Source: an uncultured Actinomycetota bacterium (GTDB taxonomy: Bacteria; Actinomycetota; Actinomycetes; JAHEKZ01). Taken from it: a stretch of DNA of 64,000 bases. Position numbers and translations under genes: made by a program. Below are positions 60,743-64,000 of the stretch, piece after piece. The stretch lies in contig CAVPLY010000005.1 of assembly GCA_963706045.1 (NCBI GenBank), positions 8,279-72,278 of the forward strand. The letters are read 5' to 3'. The notes under the pieces are model-generated. The model saw nothing but the letters and a program-made list of their open reading frames with translations, made no database searches and was not told where the DNA came from. Each line of letters begins with the position of its first letter. Position 1 is the first letter of the stretch.

Positions 60743-62017
60743 TCACCTCGACATCCGCTCGGTCGTCCGCTGGATGTGGCGACGTACGTGGGGCTCTGGC
60801 ACGTCCACAAGCTCCGGTAGGTCGTCGCCTGCTTGGATCCTGTCGCCGTATGCTCTGGCCAACGGACGGGCGGTGAGTCCATGAAGGATGACGGACAGTA
60901 AAATCGTCCAGGTCGCGACCTCGAACAACGGGGTCTCGATGCCAGTCCCCTGCAGCTCTTCCACGGCGATCAGCGTGAAGACGACGGAGGCGAGGCCCCG
61001 CGGACCGAACCATCCCATGAACCCTGTCGTCACGGGGCGGAATCCCTTGCCCATCAGCGCGATGGCCACCGGCACCATGCGGATGAGGGTCAGGCTGAGC
61101 AGGGCATAGGCGACCGCTGAGACATTCAGACCCCCGGAGAGCACGGGTCCGGCGAAGTAGGCACCGAAGATGACCCAGACCAGAAGCGAGGCGAACATCG
61201 CGACGTCCTCGGTGAAGGTGATGGCTGCTCGGTTGCCCTTGTCGACCGCTCCAAACACCAGCCCGGCGACAAAGGCAGCCACAAAGCCGTTTCCGCCGAG
61301 CTCCACAGCACCGACATAGGCGACGAAGGCAAGGGCAAGGACGAACAGCTGCCTGGATGTGTGCGACGACAACGCGCGCTGCGTTCCCCACGCCAGCAGT
61401 CGACCTCCAGCACCGCCGACGACAACCGCGACACCGATCGCGATCGCAATCTGCACGAGGGCGTCGAGAACTGGTGAGCCGCCCTGACCCGTCGTCTCCC
61501 CGACAACGACGGCGAGGAAGACCGTGACGAATGGCGTAGCAATGCCATCGTTCAGTCCACTTTCGATGTTGAGGGCCCGGCGTATCCGTACAGGAACTGC
61601 CTTGTCCGTCACCACCGCCATGCCCAGGGCCGCGTCAGTTGGGGCAAGGACCACGGCGATGAGGGCTGCCTCAGCCCAGCTCACATCCGGCACCACGAGC
61701 ACCGCTACAAGGGCGCCCAGCACCATGGTCAGGAACAGTCCTACGCTCAACAACCTGCCCGGCACGCCCGCATCACCCTTCAGAGCACGAAGCGGCACGG
61801 TGGTCGCATCGGTGAACAGCAGGGCAGCTAGCGTCAACTCGGTGAAGGAGAGCACCACATGGCTACCACCCTCCAAATGCAGCAGGTCAGCACCCTCTGG
61901 TCCAATCGCCAAGCCCGCCGCGACGAACACCATCGGGGCACTGATCCACAGTCGATCGAGGCGGCGTGAAAAGGCCCCATAGGCCACCGCTACGAGCAAC
62001 AGGATGAGGCCGCCCAC
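60743..62017 (-). CDS. Cation:proton antiporter (CPA1 / Na+/H+ exchanger family)
   Basis: 424 aa with about 12 transmembrane helices. Matches Na_H_Exchanger-like patterns (LAPTDAALGMAVV...FGPRGLASVVF). Confidence 0.8.
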   Translation of the reverse strand: MGGLILLLVAVAYGAFSRRLDRLWISAPMVFVAAGLAIGPEGADLLHLEGGSHVVLSFTELTLAALLFTDATTVPLRALKGDAGVPGRLLSVGLFLTMVLGALVAVLVVPDVSWAEAALIAVVLAPTDAALGMAVVTDKAVPVRIRRALNIESGLNDGIATPFVTVFLAVVVGETTGQGGSPVLDALVQIAIAIGVAVVVGGAGGRLLAWGTQRALSSHTSRQLFVLALAFVAYVGAVELGGNGFVAAFVAGLVFGAVDKGNRAAITFTEDVAMFASLLVWVIFGAYFAGPVLSGGLNVSAVAYALLSLTLIRMVPVAIALMGKGFRPVTTGFMGWFGPRGLASVVFTLIAVEELQGTGIETPLFEVATWTILLSVILHGLTARPLARAYGDRIQAGDDLPELVDVPEPHVRRHIQRTTERMSR

Positions 62018-62038
62018 CGCGCACCTCCGGTCATTGCG

Positions 62039-62401
62039 CTAGCCAGCTGCAGATTCGTTCCGCCCAACGATTCTGAGAACCGTCTCGTAGCCGCCGCCAT
62101 TGACGACTTCGAAGCCATTCTCAGCAAGGATGTCCCGGGCTTTCCCGGCTCGGCCGCCGGTCTTGCAGTAGGTGACGATGGTTCGGTCGCGCGGCAACTC
62201 GTCTAGGTGGCGTCCCAGAACGAGCATGTCGATGTTCTTCGCTCCCGGCACCATCCCCTTCTTGGTTTCGGGGCCGAGGCGGACGTCGAGGATGAAGGCA
62301 CCCTCCTTGATGGATTCGGCGACCTCATCTTCGGGACTGATGGAACTTGTCCCGGATCCGAGGAAGTGTTTGTCGAAGAATCTCTCCAGCCATTCGAGCA
62401 T
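62039..62401 (-). CDS. Rhodanese-like (sulfurtransferase) domain protein
   Basis: ATG with a GAGGAGGAG Shine-Dalgarno. The active-site loop YCKTGGRAG has the catalytic Cys. Confidence 0.8.
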   Translation of the reverse strand: MLEWLERFFDKHFLGSGTSSISPEDEVAESIKEGAFILDVRLGPETKKGMVPGAKNIDMLVLGRHLDELPRDRTIVTYCKTGGRAGKARDILAENGFEVVNGGGYETVLRIVGRNESAAG

Positions 62402-62542
62402 CTCACTCCTCCTCGCGGTCGGACACGCATGTACCTCTCGGGTTGGGAGGCACTCAGAACAACATTTCCAAGCGACTTGTCCGCGTCCACCACCTAGAAG
62501 CATGGCAGGGGAACGACTGTGGGGCCCAGGACCGGCATGGCA

Positions 62543-63034
62543 TCACCCGGGTGATCGCGTCCCGCGGCGAGGACGCACCGTGGCTGCAATGACGTGTTGG
62601 AAGCTGTTCTGTCCTGCGCGCTCTGGTCGAGCTGCGAAACGAAGGCCAGCCACACCATCGAAGAGTTCGTCGCCACCCTGCACCTCGAGCACAGTGTTCA
62701 GGCGACGAGCAACTCTGGCTGCATGCGCCAGAACAGCCACACCGGACAGCCCCATCTGGCTGCACCTGCTCAGGTCAACCGTGACGAGGGCTGGCCGGCT
62801 TACCACCAACTGCATGACCGCGTCCCGTAGCAAGTGGCAGTCCTGCGGTCGCACCTCACCGATGACAGTGATGCACGACTCGCGAACGTCGAGACTGATC
62901 TGAACCCGGAAGTCCTCGCCACTTGCCGATCGTGCTGGTTGAGTCTCTTCAGCGGTCACGGCGATCGTCGCGGCGGTCGCCGCGGTCGTCGCGGTCGTCG
63001 CGGCGATCTTCTCTGCGGTTGTGACCGTGAGCAA
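62543..63034 (-). CDS. STAS-domain protein (anti-sigma-factor-antagonist-like) with N-terminal Ala/Thr low-complexity repeat
   Basis: TTG start with an AGGAGGA Shine-Dalgarno. N-terminal AATTATTAATAATIAVTA tract, then a SpoIIAA-like STAS fold (ITVIGEVRPQDCHLLRDAVMQLV...VTVDLSRCSQMGLSGVAVL). Confidence 0.6.
   Translation of the reverse strand: MLTVTTAEKIAATTATTAATAATIAVTAEETQPARSASGEDFRVQISLDVRESCITVIGEVRPQDCHLLRDAVMQLVVSRPALVTVDLSRCSQMGLSGVAVLAHAARVARRLNTVLEVQGGDELFDGVAGLRFAARPERAGQNSFQHVIAATVRPRRGTRSPG
62947..63012. repeat. Imperfect 9-bp tandem repeat (gcggtcgtc / gcggcggtc units, about 7 copies) encoding the Ala/Thr tract of the STAS protein
   Basis: cggcgatcgtcgcggcggtcgccgcggtcgtcgcggtcgtcgcggcgatc. 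Confidence 0.5.
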
Positions 63035-63096
63035 CCACAGCGGCTCCTCCTACTGCGGCGACTCTCCTGCGTCTACGTCGGTTTGCCATTGGCATG

Positions 63097-63549
63097 TCAG
63101 GCTCCTTCCGCGGCGTCGGCTTCGATTGCCGCTATCACCGCTTGAGTCGGGATTCGTCCCGTGGCCACAAGTTGCCCCCCGGCCTTACGGACGGCTGATC
63201 CGAAAGGTGCTGCCCAAAGGTTCTCCCACACCAGCACCGCGGCGGTACTCCCAGGCTCGATGGTCTCGGCAAGGTCCAGCACGTCCTGCTCGCTGAGAAC
63301 CATGGCCAAGTCGGCTTCGGTCGTGCGGATCTCGCCGAGGTCACTTGGATCGAGGTCCGACAGTTCCGAGACGTTCAGGGTGCCGTCCGTCTCCTTCTGA
63401 AGGACCATCAAGTCCAGCACTCGTACCAGTCCGCGGTCGACCAGGTCTTTCAAGTAGGGCGCGACCTGTCCTGTTGGTTGTTTGCCCGGGAACTCGAGCA
63501 CGAGCCAGTCCACTGGCCCCAATTGATCGATGTCTGCCATGCGTACCAC
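63097..63549 (-). CDS. Conserved hypothetical protein (acidic, 150 aa)
   Basis: ORF with coding-like composition. No motif recognised. Confidence 0.5.
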   Translation of the reverse strand: MVRMADIDQLGPVDWLVLEFPGKQPTGQVAPYLKDLVDRGLVRVLDLMVLQKETDGTLNVSELSDLDPSDLGEIRTTEADLAMVLSEQDVLDLAETIEPGSTAAVLVWENLWAAPFGSAVRKAGGQLVATGRIPTQAVIAAIEADAAEGA

Positions 63550-63653
63550 TCCGTTCGATTTCCGCCCTCACCTCAGCAGTTGCCGGGAGCGTGCGGCGGC
63601 CATGCCTGAAGCATCGCAGCAGTGCCGCCCTCTGCTCCCGGCTCAGGGGTACA

Positions 63654-63992
63654 TCACCCGGGTGAGTACGGATCCAGCAGGCCAAGAACTTCAGCGCGCG
63701 CGATGGCGTCTTCTCGGGAGTGCACGCCCAGCTTGCGGTAGAGCGATCGCCTGTGCGTGCGCACGGTGTTCTCCGATACGAACAATCGGTCCGCGCTTTC
63801 GCGGACCGAGAGGTCCTCAGCGAGAAGTCGAAGGACGGACAGCTCGGCGTCGCTGGGCATCGCAACCAGGTCACCGGCGCCCGCGCGTTCGCGCGTGAGC
63901 ACGATTTCGCGGTCGGCCGCGTCCAGCTGGGTGACCAAGGTGCCAGCGTCCGGAATCTCAGCCAGCATGTCGCGGGCGCTCTGAGCTGCCAC
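63654..63992 (-). CDS. LuxR-type helix-turn-helix transcriptional regulator (small; start lies near the window edge)
   Basis: C-terminal LSVRESADRLFVSENTVRTHRRSLYRKLGV is a LuxR/GerE helix-turn-helix. Confidence 0.65.
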   Translation of the reverse strand: MAAQSARDMLAEIPDAGTLVTQLDAADREIVLTRERAGAGDLVAMPSDAELSVLRLLAEDLSVRESADRLFVSENTVRTHRRSLYRKLGVHSREDAIARAEVLGLLDPYSPG

Positions 63993-64000
63993 TGAGGCCT

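Overview
High-GC actinobacterial chromosomal segment, Nocardioides-like in composition, with about 60 protein-coding genes and no rRNA, tRNA or CRISPR array. The left 40 kb is conserved core chromosome. Its first part is pepN - DUF5130 - HNH - prolyl oligopeptidase - MscS - glbO ... ettA - ssb-like, which appears syntenic with M. tuberculosis Rv2467-Rv2478c. It then carries a zwf-pgl-GH15 operon convergent with gnd, an EAL phosphodiesterase, a glutaredoxin-like-TrxR fusion, NUDIX, a membrane protein-multicopper oxidase operon, an MMPL transporter, a NarL-type two-component pair, a fur-dps operon divergent from a NifX-like gene, ergothioneine genes egtB-egtD, a GT1 glycosyltransferase, a C45 hydrolase, an OYE-type flavin reductase and two tandem MOSC proteins. 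From about 40.1 to 53.5 kb the content looks accessory. It starts with an IS-3'-end plus LuxR-5' fragment scar, then a TPR - class III aminotransferase - FAD oxidoreductase - LuxR block, then a 6.7 kb stretch holding four same-oriented copies of a previously unrecognised ~190-bp structured repeat with a perfect 9-bp-stem hairpin core. Interspersed among these repeats are DDE-transposase C-terminal remnants, an internally duplicated YhgE/Pip-like membrane protein, a SnoaL-like protein and a Lys/Ala/Pro-rich histone-like protein. The right end holds stress and membrane genes: PLDc_N-SHOCT, a DAGK-like lipid kinase, DUF2252, DUF1345, a SulP pseudogene, a CPA1 antiporter, rhodanese and a STAS protein. 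At least 11 genes carry apparent frameshifts: DUF1800, MMPL, egtB (twice), egtD, a Dabb-like hypothetical, the OYE reductase, the aminotransferase, the DAGK and SulP (three or more). These are either genuine pseudogenes or indel errors in the assembly. All calls are made by eye from the six-frame translations, without database searches.
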